Source: Bacteroidota bacterium (GTDB lineage: Bacteria > Bacteroidota > Bacteroidia > Bacteroidales > JAAUTT01). Taken from it: DNA of 64,000 nt. Where the stretch lies: contig JAUZOO010000010.1 in NCBI GenBank assembly GCA_030706405.1, positions 82,127 to 146,126 of the forward strand, written 5' to 3'. The notes beneath the pieces are model-generated. The model searched no databases. It was not told the origin of the DNA and saw only the letters and a list, made by a program, of their open reading frames with translations. Of this stretch, positions 28,602 through 39,855 are shown piece after piece. The translations under genes and the position numbers were made by a program. Positions within the stretch are counted from its first letter, which is position 1, and each line of letters opens with the position of its first letter.

Positions 28602-29984
28602 TTAAAACGCAATATGAGCCCGGACTCCAAAAGCGCTGACCGGTCCACGATCCCTATTGTACGCCGGGTTAATAATAAACTGGTAATCGGGACTCAGCCA
28701 GAAATTATACCGGGGCAGTTTGAACGAATAATACATTTCGGCAATTAGCTCGGAACCATAATTAAGGTTACCATCGCCAATGATAAATCCATAGCCACCG
28801 CCTTTAAGATAATCCCTGTGCTCCGTTGACAATCCATTGGCTATTAAAGCAATGCCCAGGTTGTCATCTGTCCGTTTCCAGAACTTGCCACCAAGCTGAA
28901 TACCTGTGCTTAGGCACCTGTCTATCTCGGTAAATGCCCAGGTTTCGTTGAGTCCGTCGTTCCATCCTGCCCGCACGAACATACCAACATTTTTCGAGAG
29001 GTTTTGTTCGATATTAACTCCAAATCCATACTTTGTTCGTCCCAGGGCAGATACGCTATCGATAACTGGAGCGGTATTATGAGCTGTTCCCCAAGCTATC
29101 GCCTTTTGATAATTGCCCATGCGAGCTTCCGTTAAAAAGGTCATTAGCCGGATTGTACCATATTGGTTCCCAATGCTATATTTATGCTCAAATTCCAAGG
29201 CTTCGGAGTGCGACCGTAAAAATTTTGAATCCATAACAGCCTCATTGGCACGTACTGGCACCATTACCATAGCAAAACGGAGTGCCCATTGAGGTTTTAC
29301 AAGTTCGGCAATAATGCCATAAGTATATCCCTTTGTATTGGCCGGATAATCCCAAGCCCCGTTTCCCATTAGCGCCCAATTATAAAATTGCGTACGCGGA
29401 TCGTGGCTATATTGATTATTATCAAAAAAATCCATCATACTAAACTTCCCGGCAGTAATCGAAAGATAGGATGCTGGAGCCTTCGTTGCCAGTTGATTAA
29501 CATCATCAGTAATGTGTTGGGATTCATCGGATAAAGCAAATATCTGGTGGAGGTATAAACGAGCCGTATAAATTTTGGGAGCGGCATCGCTTACCCGGTA
29601 AACTTCGCCATTAGGGAAGCCGGCAACTCCGCGGGTTTGAGAAAAGCCATTGCCTCCCGAAATTTCCGGGTTGTAATATATTGATGCTCCTTTCCATAAT
29701 TTTGCCCCTAAATAAAACGTCCCGGTAATGGAAGTGGTAGCTTCTTTGGCATTTAAAAGACTGTTTTCTCCGCTATATTTTGCGTAAAATCCGGGATGAT
29801 ACTGGTAAATTATGGTATTTTGAAAGTGAAAATTCCATTTTTGATCCGTTGAAATCGAATCTTTAGTATTTGTAGTTTGAGCATAACCTGACGGTACAAT
29901 CAGAATCCAGAGCAGCATTCCTTCGGCAAAGCGAAAAACTATTCTAATTGGGATGTCTCTATAAAATTTAAAGAATAAATTCAT
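28602..29984 (-). CDS. OprB-family carbohydrate porin, MnoP (Mn2+ porin)-like
   Basis: WNFHFQNT, AGFPNGE, DFFDNNQYSHDPRTQF, GAWDYPA, PDYQFIINPAYNRDRGPV, terminal Phe. Confidence 0.82.
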   Translation of the reverse strand: MNLFFKFYRDIPIRIVFRFAEGMLLWILIVPSGYAQTTNTKDSISTDQKWNFHFQNTIIYQYHPGFYAKYSGENSLLNAKEATTSITGTFYLGAKLWKGASIYYNPEISGGNGFSQTRGVAGFPNGEVYRVSDAAPKIYTARLYLHQIFALSDESQHITDDVNQLATKAPASYLSITAGKFSMMDFFDNNQYSHDPRTQFYNWALMGNGAWDYPANTKGYTYGIIAELVKPQWALRFAMVMVPVRANEAVMDSKFLRSHSEALEFEHKYSIGNQYGTIRLMTFLTEARMGNYQKAIAWGTAHNTAPVIDSVSALGRTKYGFGVNIEQNLSKNVGMFVRAGWNDGLNETWAFTEIDRCLSTGIQLGGKFWKRTDDNLGIALIANGLSTEHRDYLKGGGYGFIIGDGNLNYGSELIAEMYYSFKLPRYNFWLSPDYQFIINPAYNRDRGPVSAFGVRAHIAF

Positions 29985-30190
29985 ACGTAATACCTTACTT
30001 TTGATACAGAAGGGTTACGTAACCTGCACAGGTATTGCGTTTACCTTTCCATACTAACGGTTAATAATCTGGTTGCAGGGCCTTCGTCCATTTTTGAATC
30101 GATATTGATTTGCGCCGCAAAAGTATAAACTTTTCTTAGCCGGATGGTTTTCGACTATTAATTTTAGGTTAAATCAGATAAAATTAGCAA

Positions 30191-30232
30191 TTTCTAATTG
30201 GTTTCTAATCTCTTTTTAAATCTGGCTTAATT
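30191..30232. promoter_or_regulatory. 11-bp-spaced direct repeats, putative OmpR-family binding site
   Basis: YTAAW cores at 30194, 30205, 30216, 30227 upstream of the efflux operon. Confidence 0.5.
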
Positions 30233-30277
30233 TGGTAACTTTAGTTTTGTCCAATATTTTAACTCAAAACTGAAGTT

Positions 30278-31573
30278 ATGTTCCGGGGAAAACGAATCAT
30301 TCTTTCACTAATTACCGCGTTTTGCGGAAGTTTATTTTTATTCGGACAGAATTCTAAAGAAATCCGCAATATCACCATACAACAGGCAGATAGCCTGTTT
30401 GTAGCGAGAAATCTCGACCTGTTGGCCGAAAAATACAATGTTGATGCTGTCAAAGCTCAGATAATTCAGGCAAAACTATTTAACAATCCTACCATCAGCA
30501 TTAATCAAAATGTTGTAAATTCTGAATATCAAACCAACGGAGGCCGAAAATGGTTCGACTTTACGGATAAGGGCGAAACTTCCGTCCAGCTTCAAAAGCT
30601 TTTTTTGCTTGCCGGAAAACGAAACAAACGCATTAACCTCGCTGAGGTGACGGCGTTACGAGAAGAACAAAATTATTTCGACATGCTGCGAACCCTTAAA
30701 TTTTCGCTGCGTAGTGGTTTCTATACCGTTTATTATTTGCAAAAAACGCTTAACGTTTACGATAAGGAAATAACCTCGCTATCCAATATTATTAAGGTTT
30801 TCGAAAATCAGCAGGAAAAAGGATATGCTTCGAAAAAGGATGTATTACGTTTAAAGGCAAGCCTGTTCTCTCTTGAAAACGAAAAACTGGGATACTCGTC
30901 TCAACTTATAAGTAATATGGCCGATTTTAACGTTTTAATGCATACTTCCAATGTGTATTATATTCCTCAGGCCGACACCGTTAAACTGGCCGCCATTTCT
31001 CCTGAATCTGTTAAATTACAAGAAGTTATTGATACTGCCATGAAATATAGGTACGACCTGAAAATGGCACAATCCGATTTAGCCTTCAACCAAATGAATT
31101 TAAACTATCAGAAAGCTTTAGGCGTTCCCGACTTAACCCTTTCGGCAGGATGGGACCGCAATGGTAGTTTTATCCATAATTACAACTATGTAGGAGTACA
31201 GATTGACCTGCCCTTCTTCAACCGTAACCAGGGAAATATAAAAACCGCCCAATTTACTATCGAAAGCAGCAAAGCCAAGTTACAAAGTGCCGAAGATCAG
31301 GTAAAGTCCGATGTTTTTCAGTCGTATTCCAATGCACTTGAAACGAATGATGTTTACAAACACTTTGATGAGAAATTCGCAAAAGACTTAACTGGTTTAA
31401 TCGACGAAATCATTAAAAATTATGAGAAACGGAATATCAGCCTTCTTGAATTTATGGACTTCTACGATGCTTACAAACAAAACATGATTCAATATAATAC
31501 CCTTCAGAACAGTCGCATAAATGCATTTGAGAATTTAAATTTCAGCGTTGGTAAAGACATCATTAACAAGTAA
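30278..31573 (+). CDS. TolC/CzcC-family outer membrane efflux protein
   Basis: AGKRNKR, LPFFNRNQGNI; first gene of an RND operon. Confidence 0.92.
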   Translation: MFRGKRIILSLITAFCGSLFLFGQNSKEIRNITIQQADSLFVARNLDLLAEKYNVDAVKAQIIQAKLFNNPTISINQNVVNSEYQTNGGRKWFDFTDKGETSVQLQKLFLLAGKRNKRINLAEVTALREEQNYFDMLRTLKFSLRSGFYTVYYLQKTLNVYDKEITSLSNIIKVFENQQEKGYASKKDVLRLKASLFSLENEKLGYSSQLISNMADFNVLMHTSNVYYIPQADTVKLAAISPESVKLQEVIDTAMKYRYDLKMAQSDLAFNQMNLNYQKALGVPDLTLSAGWDRNGSFIHNYNYVGVQIDLPFFNRNQGNIKTAQFTIESSKAKLQSAEDQVKSDVFQSYSNALETNDVYKHFDEKFAKDLTGLIDEIIKNYEKRNISLLEFMDFYDAYKQNMIQYNTLQNSRINAFENLNFSVGKDIINK

Positions 31574-31587
31574 TAAATTAAGCAATT

Positions 31588-32673
31588 ATGAAACATATTT
31601 TTGTTGTAGTCCTGACCATCCTTTCGCTCGTTGGATGCACGTCAAAAAACAATAATCAGCTAGTCAAAACTCCGGACAAATTTTGTATTCCCGATAGCCT
31701 GATGAAGCAAATACAACTTGACACCGTATCTTTTCAGTCGGTTGTAAGCGAACATAAGCTGATTGGGAAAATATCATACGACCAGGACAAAGTAGCCAAA
31801 ATTTATCCCATGGTGAGTGGCAATGCAACCGAGGTAAGAGTTGCCCTGGGAGATTATGTCAAAAAAGGACAAGTGCTGGCTATTTTAAAAAGCTCCGAAG
31901 TGGCTGGGGTTACCAACGACCTTGTTTCTGCCAGTTCCAACCTGGCAGTTGCCGAAAAAAACTTAGCTGCTACCGCTGATATGTATAAAAGTGGCATTGC
32001 TTCGGAAAAAGAATATATCGCTGCCCAAAAAGAAACTGAAAAAGCACGGTCGGAACTCAACCGGGTAAAAACTGTTCACGCTATCTATGGATCCGGGGCA
32101 CAATCGGAATATGTGGTAAAATCGCCAATATCGGGTTATGTAGTCGAAAAAAACATAAACCCTAACATGCAAATCCGCCCCGATAATAATACCAACCTGT
32201 TTACGATATCCGATCTGAAAACCGTATGGGTGCTGGCCAATGTTTATGAATCGGACATTGCACGCATCAAACTAAACCAAAAGGTAAATGTCACCACTAT
32301 TTCTTATCCCGACAAGGTTTTTACCGGCAACATCGACAAGATATACAGTGTTCTTGACCCAGATAGCAAAACTATGAAAATACGGGTGCAACTGGGGAAT
32401 GAACAAAACCTGTTAAAACCGGAAATGTTTGCCAACGTTTTGGTTCATCAGGTTACCGACAGTACTCAGCTTGCTATTCCTGCCAAAGCCGTCATTTTTG
32501 ACCGTAATCAATATTGGGTGATGGTGTACAACTCCAAATGTGATGTGCAAACCCGCAAAATTGACATTCAAAGCTCCAATAGCACCACTACGTACATACG
32601 CTCAGGGGTCAAACCCGGCGAAAAAGTGATTACAAACCTGCAGTTGCTTATTTATAATGCACTAAACCAGTAG
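31588..32673 (+). CDS. RND periplasmic adaptor (CzcB-like lipoprotein)
   Basis: LVGC lipobox, GDYVKKGQ, SPISG, VWVLANVYE, LKPEMFA. Confidence 0.92.
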   Translation: MKHIFVVVLTILSLVGCTSKNNNQLVKTPDKFCIPDSLMKQIQLDTVSFQSVVSEHKLIGKISYDQDKVAKIYPMVSGNATEVRVALGDYVKKGQVLAILKSSEVAGVTNDLVSASSNLAVAEKNLAATADMYKSGIASEKEYIAAQKETEKARSELNRVKTVHAIYGSGAQSEYVVKSPISGYVVEKNINPNMQIRPDNNTNLFTISDLKTVWVLANVYESDIARIKLNQKVNVTTISYPDKVFTGNIDKIYSVLDPDSKTMKIRVQLGNEQNLLKPEMFANVLVHQVTDSTQLAIPAKAVIFDRNQYWVMVYNSKCDVQTRKIDIQSSNSTTTYIRSGVKPGEKVITNLQLLIYNALNQ

Positions 32674-32683
32674 ATTATTCAAA

Positions 32684-35600
32684 ATGAATACGTTTATTAA
32701 GAGCATCATAGCATTTTCGCTGAAGAACCGTTTTGTTATATTCTTCAGCATTGCGCTTATCATAATCTGGGGTATTGTGAGTTATTTAAAAACCCCGGTC
32801 GAAGCTTTCCCGGATACTACCAATACTCAAATTACCATTATAACCCAATGGCCTGGTCGAAGCGCCGAAGAAATAGAGCGATACGTAACTATGCCTATCG
32901 AGCTTGAAATGAATTCGGTACAAAAGAAAACCGATATTCGTTCGTCTACACTTTTCGGATTGTCGGTGGTGAAGATAATTTTTGATGATGATGTTGACGA
33001 TGCTTTTGCTAGGCAACAGGTTAATAACCTCCTGTCCAATGTTGATCTTCCGGAAGGGGTAAAACCCGAAGTTGAACCGCCTTATGGCCCAACAGGCGAA
33101 ATTTTTCGATTCACATTAAAGAGTAAAAACAGGACTGTTCGGGAACTCAAAACTTTTGAAGATTGGGTGGTTGAAAAGCAAATTCGTTCCATTTCGGGCG
33201 TTGCCGATGTAGTTAGTTTTGGAGGAGAGGTAAAAACCTACGAAATACAAATAGATCCACATCTTTTATCCAAATATAACATTACCCCGTTAGAAGTTTA
33301 CCAGGCAGTAAACCGAAGCAACATCAACGTGGGCGGAGATGTAATTGAACATAATACCCAGGCTTATGTAGTTAGGGGTATCGGGGTACTCGACCATTTT
33401 TCGGAAATCGGAGATATCATTGTTAAAAATATAAATGGGACCCCAATTCTTGTAAAAAATGTTGGCACGGTAAAAGAATCGGCACTTCCCCGAATGGGAC
33501 AGGTGGGGCGTGATAATCAGTCCGATGTGGTAGAAGGCATTGTGGTAATGCGCCGTGGACAAGACCCCAGCGAAGTTATCAAGTTGGTAAAAGATAAGAT
33601 AGAAGAGTTAAATACAAAAATACTTCCGTCCGATGTAAAAATCGACACCTTCTATAACCGCGAAGAGTTAATTCATCTGTCCACCCATACCGTACTCCAC
33701 AATCTCATCGAAGGAATCATCTTCGTAACATTGATTGTATTTCTTTTTATGGCCGAATGGCGTACCACCCTTATAGTTTCGCTCATTATTCCGCTCGCAT
33801 TGCTCTTTGCCTTTATATGCCTGCGCTTAAAAGGTATGTCGGCAAACCTGCTTTCGATGGGGGCTATTGACTTCGGGATTATTGTTGACGGGGCGCTGGT
33901 AATGGTAGAAGGAATTTTTGTAGCCCTCGACCATAAAGCCAAAGAAGTTGGAATGGAAAAATTTAACAAGTTGTCTAAACTTGGGCTTATCAAAGAAACC
34001 GGGAAAGAGATGGGAAAAGCCATCTTCATTGCAAAGCTTATCATTATCACGGCTTTACTACCTATTTTTTCGTTCCAGAAAGTGGAAGGCAAAATGTTTT
34101 CTCCTTTGGCCTATACCCTTGGGTTTGCCTTGCTTGGAGCATTAATCTTTGCCCTTACATTTGCCCCGTTAATGGCTTCGATCCTGTTTAAAAAGGATGT
34201 CAGGGAAAAACATAATCCATTTCTTAATTTCATCACACGGCAGTCTATTTCTTTTTTTGAACGATGCTACAGGAATAAACGGCTCAGTCTTATTATTGCA
34301 GGTACGGTGCTGGCTTTAAGTATCTTTTCATTTCGTTTTCTGGGTACTGAATTTTTACCCGAACTAAACGAAGGCGCTATTTACGTCAGGGCATCTCTGC
34401 CAATGAGTGTATCGCTCAACGAGGCTGTAAAACTTTCGGAAGATATGAGGCATATCATTAAATCATTCCCCGAAGTTAAACAGGTTATGTCGCAAACCGG
34501 GAGGCCCAACGACGGTACCGATGCTACAGGCTTTTATAATATTGAATTTCATGTGGATATTTATCACACCCCTGAAATGGAACATAAAGAAAAAAGAGAA
34601 GACCTTATTGCCCGGATGACAAAGAAACTGTCAAAATATCCGGGAGTATCGTTTAACTTTTCGCAGCCTATTATGGACAATGTAGAAGAAGCCGTATCCG
34701 GGGTAAAAGGATCACTGGCAATTAAAATTTATGGCGAAGATCTTTCTTTTATGGAAACCAAGGCCGACAGTGTTTATAACATAATGAAAGACATTCCCGG
34801 AGTTGAAGATCTGGGGGTTATTAAAAATATGGGACAACCGGAGTACCGTATTGAACTCGACAACGAGAAAATGGGTATTTACGGGGTATCGACCGCCGAC
34901 TGCAATGCAGTTATTGAAATGGCCATTGGAGGAAAAGCTGCTTCTACCTTCTACGAAGGATATAAAAAATTCGACATCCGTATCCGTTATCTCCCCGGAT
35001 TTCGTACTACGGATGAAGAGATTGGTAATCTGATGGTTCCGACCTTAAACGGATCTCAAATTCCTGTAAAGGAAATTGCGAAAATTTCAAAAGTTACCGG
35101 ACCAATCCTTATATTCAGAGACAAAAACATGCGCTATACCGCTCTGAAGTTTTCGGTTCGTGGCCGCGATATGGGTTCAACCATTGCCGAAGCCCAAAAG
35201 AAAGTTAACGCAGCCATAAAGCTCCCCAAAGGATATTCCATGTCGTGGGAAGGAGACTTTGAAAATCAGCAGCGTGCATCCAAACAGTTAAGCATTGTAG
35301 TTCCCATAAGTCTCATACTTATATTCTTTATCTTATTTGTATTGTTTGGAAATGTAACCGATGCCGGGTTAATCTTGTTAAACGTACCGTTTGCCATCAT
35401 TGGAGGAATACTGGCTTTGCACCTCACCGGCACCAATTTCTGTATCTCGGCAGGGATAGGCTTTATAGCCCTGTTCGGCATTTGTATTCAGAATAATGTA
35501 ATCCTTCTTTCGAAGTTCAAGAAAAACCTTCATGAACGAATGCACCTTGATGAAGCAATCCGCAACGGCGTAATTGCCCGTATTCGTCCGGTAATAATGA

Positions 35601-35785
35601 CAGCAACACTTGCTGCTATCGGTTTATTACCGGCAGCTGTCTCAATAGGCATTGGTTCGGAAACCTCTAAACCCCTGGCTATAGTAGTTATTGGAGGATT
35701 AGTTTCCGCTACAATTTTGACATTGTTTATTTTCCCGATTATCTTTAAAGCGATATATCGTTTTAAAGTGAAAAAATTAGAATGA
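32684..35785 (+). CDS. CusA/CzcA-family heavy-metal RND efflux transporter
   Basis: EAFPD, GAIDFGIIVDGALVMVE, EGKMFSPLA, RIRPVIMTA. Confidence 0.95.
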   Translation: MNTFIKSIIAFSLKNRFVIFFSIALIIIWGIVSYLKTPVEAFPDTTNTQITIITQWPGRSAEEIERYVTMPIELEMNSVQKKTDIRSSTLFGLSVVKIIFDDDVDDAFARQQVNNLLSNVDLPEGVKPEVEPPYGPTGEIFRFTLKSKNRTVRELKTFEDWVVEKQIRSISGVADVVSFGGEVKTYEIQIDPHLLSKYNITPLEVYQAVNRSNINVGGDVIEHNTQAYVVRGIGVLDHFSEIGDIIVKNINGTPILVKNVGTVKESALPRMGQVGRDNQSDVVEGIVVMRRGQDPSEVIKLVKDKIEELNTKILPSDVKIDTFYNREELIHLSTHTVLHNLIEGIIFVTLIVFLFMAEWRTTLIVSLIIPLALLFAFICLRLKGMSANLLSMGAIDFGIIVDGALVMVEGIFVALDHKAKEVGMEKFNKLSKLGLIKETGKEMGKAIFIAKLIIITALLPIFSFQKVEGKMFSPLAYTLGFALLGALIFALTFAPLMASILFKKDVREKHNPFLNFITRQSISFFERCYRNKRLSLIIAGTVLALSIFSFRFLGTEFLPELNEGAIYVRASLPMSVSLNEAVKLSEDMRHIIKSFPEVKQVMSQTGRPNDGTDATGFYNIEFHVDIYHTPEMEHKEKREDLIARMTKKLSKYPGVSFNFSQPIMDNVEEAVSGVKGSLAIKIYGEDLSFMETKADSVYNIMKDIPGVEDLGVIKNMGQPEYRIELDNEKMGIYGVSTADCNAVIEMAIGGKAASTFYEGYKKFDIRIRYLPGFRTTDEEIGNLMVPTLNGSQIPVKEIAKISKVTGPILIFRDKNMRYTALKFSVRGRDMGSTIAEAQKKVNAAIKLPKGYSMSWEGDFENQQRASKQLSIVVPISLILIFFILFVLFGNVTDAGLILLNVPFAIIGGILALHLTGTNFCISAGIGFIALFGICIQNNVILLSKFKKNLHERMHLDEAIRNGVIARIRPVIMTATLAAIGLLPAAVSIGIGSETSKPLAIVVIGGLVSATILTLFIFPIIFKAIYRFKVKKLE

Positions 35786-35853
35786 TAAAGCTTGTAAATC
35801 GCCCTGTAGATATTTAAATAGAATATCTTCGGGGTATTCAAAATCCAATCACC

Positions 35854-36534
35854 ATGCCCAAAATCCTGATCGTTGAAGACGAGGTCAATGTTTCTTCTTT
35901 CATTCAAAAAGGACTGGAAGAAGAAGGATATTTTGTGGACGTAGCTTACGATGGAGCTCTGGGTCTGCGCTTTGCCCTTACCCGCGAATACGACCTGATT
36001 GTACTCGACGTGGTGTTGCCCCAGATGAACGGGCTTGAAGTTTGTCGCCGTTACCGCGAACAATCGGGCTATTCGGTGCCGGTACTGATGCTTACAGCTC
36101 TGGGCTCGACCGACGACATTGTGGTGGGACTCGATTCCGGTGCCGATGATTACCTGGTAAAGCCGTTCCGTTTTAAGGAACTAAACGCCCGAATCAATGC
36201 CATGCTGCGCCGCAAATCCAATGCTCACACCACACCGGAACTCAAGTTTGCAGACCTCGTACTTAACCTCGATACCATAACCGTAACCCGGTCGGGACGA
36301 GAAATTTTACTGACATCAAAGGAATTCCGGTTACTCGAATTTTTTATGAATAATCCGCGCAGGGTCTTGTCCCGAACCTCCATCTTCGAAAACGTGTGGG
36401 ACGCGAATTATGATATGAACACCAACATTGTGGATGTGTACATCAAATACTTACGTGATAAAATCGATAAAGATTTTAACTCCAAACTTATCCATACCGT
36501 AATAGGTATGGGCTATGTCTTAAAAGAAGAATAA
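35854..36534 (+). CDS. OmpR-family response regulator
   Basis: Receiver plus winged helix (LTSKEFRLL, VDVYIKYLRDKID, TVIGMGY). Confidence 0.95.
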   Translation: MPKILIVEDEVNVSSFIQKGLEEEGYFVDVAYDGALGLRFALTREYDLIVLDVVLPQMNGLEVCRRYREQSGYSVPVLMLTALGSTDDIVVGLDSGADDYLVKPFRFKELNARINAMLRRKSNAHTTPELKFADLVLNLDTITVTRSGREILLTSKEFRLLEFFMNNPRRVLSRTSIFENVWDANYDMNTNIVDVYIKYLRDKIDKDFNSKLIHTVIGMGYVLKEE

Positions 36535-36535
36535 C

Positions 36536-37888
36536 ATGAAAATACGGCGAAAGATATCCCTCATATTTACAGCACTTTCTACCATCGTGTTGTTTTTCGC
36601 TTTCGCCTTTATTTATTACCTGTCGGCCAGGAACACGCAAACCGATTTTTATACCCGGCTTCAGGAAAAGGCAACCCTCACCGCTTGGAAATATTTTGAA
36701 AAAGATGAACTGAGCAATCCTGCCTATAACGATGTCATTGATAAATATGAGAAGAACCTGCCTGATGCTACGGAAATAATTCTCCGCGCCGACAACTCCG
36801 GCTATGAACGTGATTCGCTTAAAAAGATTATTCCCGTCGATCTCATTCCGCTCTTGCAAAGGAACGGAGAAATACACTTTCGGGCTAAAAACCGGCAGTG
36901 GGTAGGATTATATTATCGAGACAATCAGGGGAATTTTATTATCATTATTTCTGCCACCGACAAATTCGGTATTAAACGGCAACAGCATCTTCTCCGCATC
37001 CTTGGGCTCATCTTTCTGGGAAGTATTTTTTTTATATACATGATGGGACAGTTTTATGCCCGCCGGGTTTTGTCGCCGGTAACAAATATTATGCGTAATG
37101 TACGCAATATTAACGCTACAAACCTGAGCCTGCGGCTTAAAGAACGAAAAGGAGATGATGAACTGACTGAACTGACCCGAATGTTCAACCAGATGCTCGA
37201 ACGTCTCGAAGGATCTTTTACCATGCAGAAAAATTTCATCAGCCATGCCTCGCACGAGCTTAAGAACCCGCTGACGGCCATCCTCGGTGAAACCGAAGTA
37301 ACCCTGGCCCGAAACCGAAAACCGGAAGAATATATTGATGCACTCAACAAAATTATGAGCGAAGCCGAACGTCTCGAAATGCTTACCAAGAACCTATTGG
37401 CACTAGCCCAGACAGATTACGATTTATTGGCTTCCAATCCGGATATAATTCGTATTGATCAGCTTTTAAAGGTGCTTGCAGATCATTTTAATAAAACCGA
37501 TTATCAGGGAAGGATTGTTTTTCACGGGCTATCGAACGACGCCTCGTTTAGCACTAAAGGCTCTGAGAACTTACTGCGCATCGCTTTTTCCAACCTCATC
37601 GACAATGCCTGTAAATTTTCGGGTAACCAGCCTGTCGATGTAACTGTTAAAGGCGGCAAAAGCGACATTTCCATAAGTATCGCCGACCGCGGAATTGGCA
37701 TACCTTCCGACGAGTTACAAAATCTTTTCCAGCCATTTTCCAGAGCCGGAAATGCCATTACGTTTAAAGGGTCGGGTGTGGGATTGTCGTTGGTAAAAAA
37801 AATTATCGACATCCATAACGGCGAAATTCGAATTTCGTCCGAAGTTGGAAAAGGAACGATTATGGAAGTAAGGCTTCCTTTGGTCTAA
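36536..37888 (+). CDS. HAMP-domain sensor histidine kinase
   Basis: Two TMs, HAMP, ASHELKNPL H-box, NLIDNACKF, DRGIG, GSGVGL. Confidence 0.95.
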   Translation: MKIRRKISLIFTALSTIVLFFAFAFIYYLSARNTQTDFYTRLQEKATLTAWKYFEKDELSNPAYNDVIDKYEKNLPDATEIILRADNSGYERDSLKKIIPVDLIPLLQRNGEIHFRAKNRQWVGLYYRDNQGNFIIIISATDKFGIKRQQHLLRILGLIFLGSIFFIYMMGQFYARRVLSPVTNIMRNVRNINATNLSLRLKERKGDDELTELTRMFNQMLERLEGSFTMQKNFISHASHELKNPLTAILGETEVTLARNRKPEEYIDALNKIMSEAERLEMLTKNLLALAQTDYDLLASNPDIIRIDQLLKVLADHFNKTDYQGRIVFHGLSNDASFSTKGSENLLRIAFSNLIDNACKFSGNQPVDVTVKGGKSDISISIADRGIGIPSDELQNLFQPFSRAGNAITFKGSGVGLSLVKKIIDIHNGEIRISSEVGKGTIMEVRLPLV

Positions 37889-37894
37889 AACGAA

Positions 37895-37932
37895 AAAATC
37901 CCAACGCAGACTGATGCTTCCGTTGGGATTTT
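37895..37932. terminator. Bidirectional terminator between kinase and clpX
   Basis: AAAATCCCAACG / CGTTGGGATTTT. Confidence 0.8.
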
Positions 37933-37950
37933 GTACTCTAAGAAATTCGG

Positions 37951-39168
37951 TTATGCAGCTTTCAGCCTTTTGGCGGTTTCGCCTTCCAGCTTTTTACGGG
38001 CATATTCAAGTGTAATCAGGAGTTCCTTATCTTCGGGCATATCGAACATCACGTCCATCATAATCGATTCGCAGATAGAACGTAACCCACGGGCGCCAAG
38101 CTTAAATTCGATAGCTTTGTCCACAATGTACTCGAGCACTTCCGGCGCAAATTCCAGGTTAATGTCGTCCATTTTAAACAGTTTTTTGTACTGTTTGATG
38201 ATGGCATTTTTAGGATCGGTAAGGATAGCGCGCAATGCATTACGGTCAAGCGGATTAAGATACGTAAGTACCGGTAAACGTCCGATAATTTCCGGGATAA
38301 GACCGAATGATTTTAAATCCTGTGGAGCAATGTATTGCAGATAATTGTTACGGTCGATGGTTTCGGTTTGCTTCGAAGCCGTGTAACCTACCACCTTGGT
38401 ATTTAACCGTTGTGCAATTTTCTTCTCAATTCCGTCGAAAGCTCCACCGCAAACAAACAGGATGTTCTTAGTATCCACCTGAATCATTTTTTGGTCGGGG
38501 TGTTTACGCCCACCTTGTGGGGGAACGTTAACTATCGAACCTTCGAGCAATTTTAACAGGCCTTGCTGAACGCCTTCGCCTGAGACATCGCGGGTGATAG
38601 ACGGGTTATCGCCTTTGCGGGCAATCTTGTCAATCTCATCGATAAATACAATACCTTTTTCGGCGGCAGCTACGTTATAATCGGCAACCTGCAACAGGCG
38701 GGAAAGGATGCTTTCTACATCTTCGCCAACGTAGCCGGCTTCGGTAAGTACGGTAGCATCAACAATGGTAAAAGGAACGTGCAACAGACGGGCAATGGTA
38801 CGGGCCAGCAAGGTTTTGCCAGTTCCGGTAGCACCTACCAAAATGATGTTCGACTTCTCAATTTCAACATCATCGTCGCCGTTTTTACCCTGCAACAACC
38901 GTTTATAATGATTATAAACCGATACGGAAAGATATTTCTTGGCCGTATCCTGTCCAATCACGTACTGGCCGAGCAATTTTTTTATTTCTACGGGTTTTAA
39001 CAAGGATATCTTGTTAACATCAAAATCGCCGCGTTTTTTTAATTCCTCAGCAACAATAGCGTTTGCCTGTTCCACACAGGAGTCGCATATATGCCCGGTT
39101 TGGCCGGCAATTAAAAGGTTAACCTGATTCTTTGTTCTCCCGCAAAAGGAGCATTTATCAACTGGCAT
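37951..39168 (-). CDS. clpX: ATP-dependent Clp protease ATPase subunit
   Basis: CSFC zinc finger, [29 protein letters not shown]. Confidence 0.98.
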   Translation of the reverse strand: MPVDKCSFCGRTKNQVNLLIAGQTGHICDSCVEQANAIVAEELKKRGDFDVNKISLLKPVEIKKLLGQYVIGQDTAKKYLSVSVYNHYKRLLQGKNGDDDVEIEKSNIILVGATGTGKTLLARTIARLLHVPFTIVDATVLTEAGYVGEDVESILSRLLQVADYNVAAAEKGIVFIDEIDKIARKGDNPSITRDVSGEGVQQGLLKLLEGSIVNVPPQGGRKHPDQKMIQVDTKNILFVCGGAFDGIEKKIAQRLNTKVVGYTASKQTETIDRNNYLQYIAPQDLKSFGLIPEIIGRLPVLTYLNPLDRNALRAILTDPKNAIIKQYKKLFKMDDINLEFAPEVLEYIVDKAIEFKLGARGLRSICESIMMDVMFDMPEDKELLITLEYARKKLEGETAKRLKAA

Positions 39169-39177
39169 GCTTAATTT

Positions 39178-39855
39178 TTATTTTTTTTGACGAACCAAAA
39201 CTTCATCGATAATACCGTAAGCTTTTGCTTCTTCGGAGGTCATCCAGTAGTCGCGGTCGGAGTCTTTTTCTACTTTTTCGAAAGGATTTTCGCTATGGTT
39301 AGCGATGATGCTATACAATTCCTGTCTCAACTTAAGTATTTCTTTCACTGTAATTTCAAGGTCGGTAGAAGTACCCTGGGCACCACCACTTGGTTGATGG
39401 ATCATCACACGCGAATGTTTCAATGCCGAACGTTTTCCTTTGGTTCCGGCGCAAAGCAACACGGCAGCCATCGAAGCGGCCATACCGGTACAGATAGTAG
39501 CTACATCGGGGTTAATCCACTGCATGGTGTCGTAAATACCTAAACCGGCATAAACCGAACCTCCGGGACTATTGAAATAAATCTGAATGTCTTTATGAGG
39601 ATCAACCGAGTCGAGGAATAGCAGCTGGGCTTGGATGATGTTGGCTACATCGTCGTCGATAGGCGCACCAAGAAAAATGATCCGGTCCATCATCAACCGC
39701 GAGAAAACATCCATGGATGCAATGTTTAACTGACGTTCTTCGATAATTGTCGGAGAGATATAACTGTTGGTTGCTGCCTGAAACCGATGCAGATTAAGAC
39801 TACTGATTCCGAGATGTTTATTGGCGTATTTCTGAAATTCGTTATTCTGGCTCAT
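39178..39855 (-). CDS. clpP: Clp protease proteolytic subunit
   Basis: DVFSRLMMDRIIFL, NSPGG, AASM, MIHQP, DRD. Confidence 0.98.
   Translation of the reverse strand: MSQNNEFQKYANKHLGISSLNLHRFQAATNSYISPTIIEERQLNIASMDVFSRLMMDRIIFLGAPIDDDVANIIQAQLLFLDSVDPHKDIQIYFNSPGGSVYAGLGIYDTMQWINPDVATICTGMAASMAAVLLCAGTKGKRSALKHSRVMIHQPSGGAQGTSTDLEITVKEILKLRQELYSIIANHSENPFEKVEKDSDRDYWMTSEEAKAYGIIDEVLVRQKK

Noticed and set aside
29985-30125. Mn, Ni/Co or fluoride riboswitch in the porin leader
   Set aside because: Could not match yybP-ykoY, NiCo or crcB consensus by eye; needs an Rfam search.
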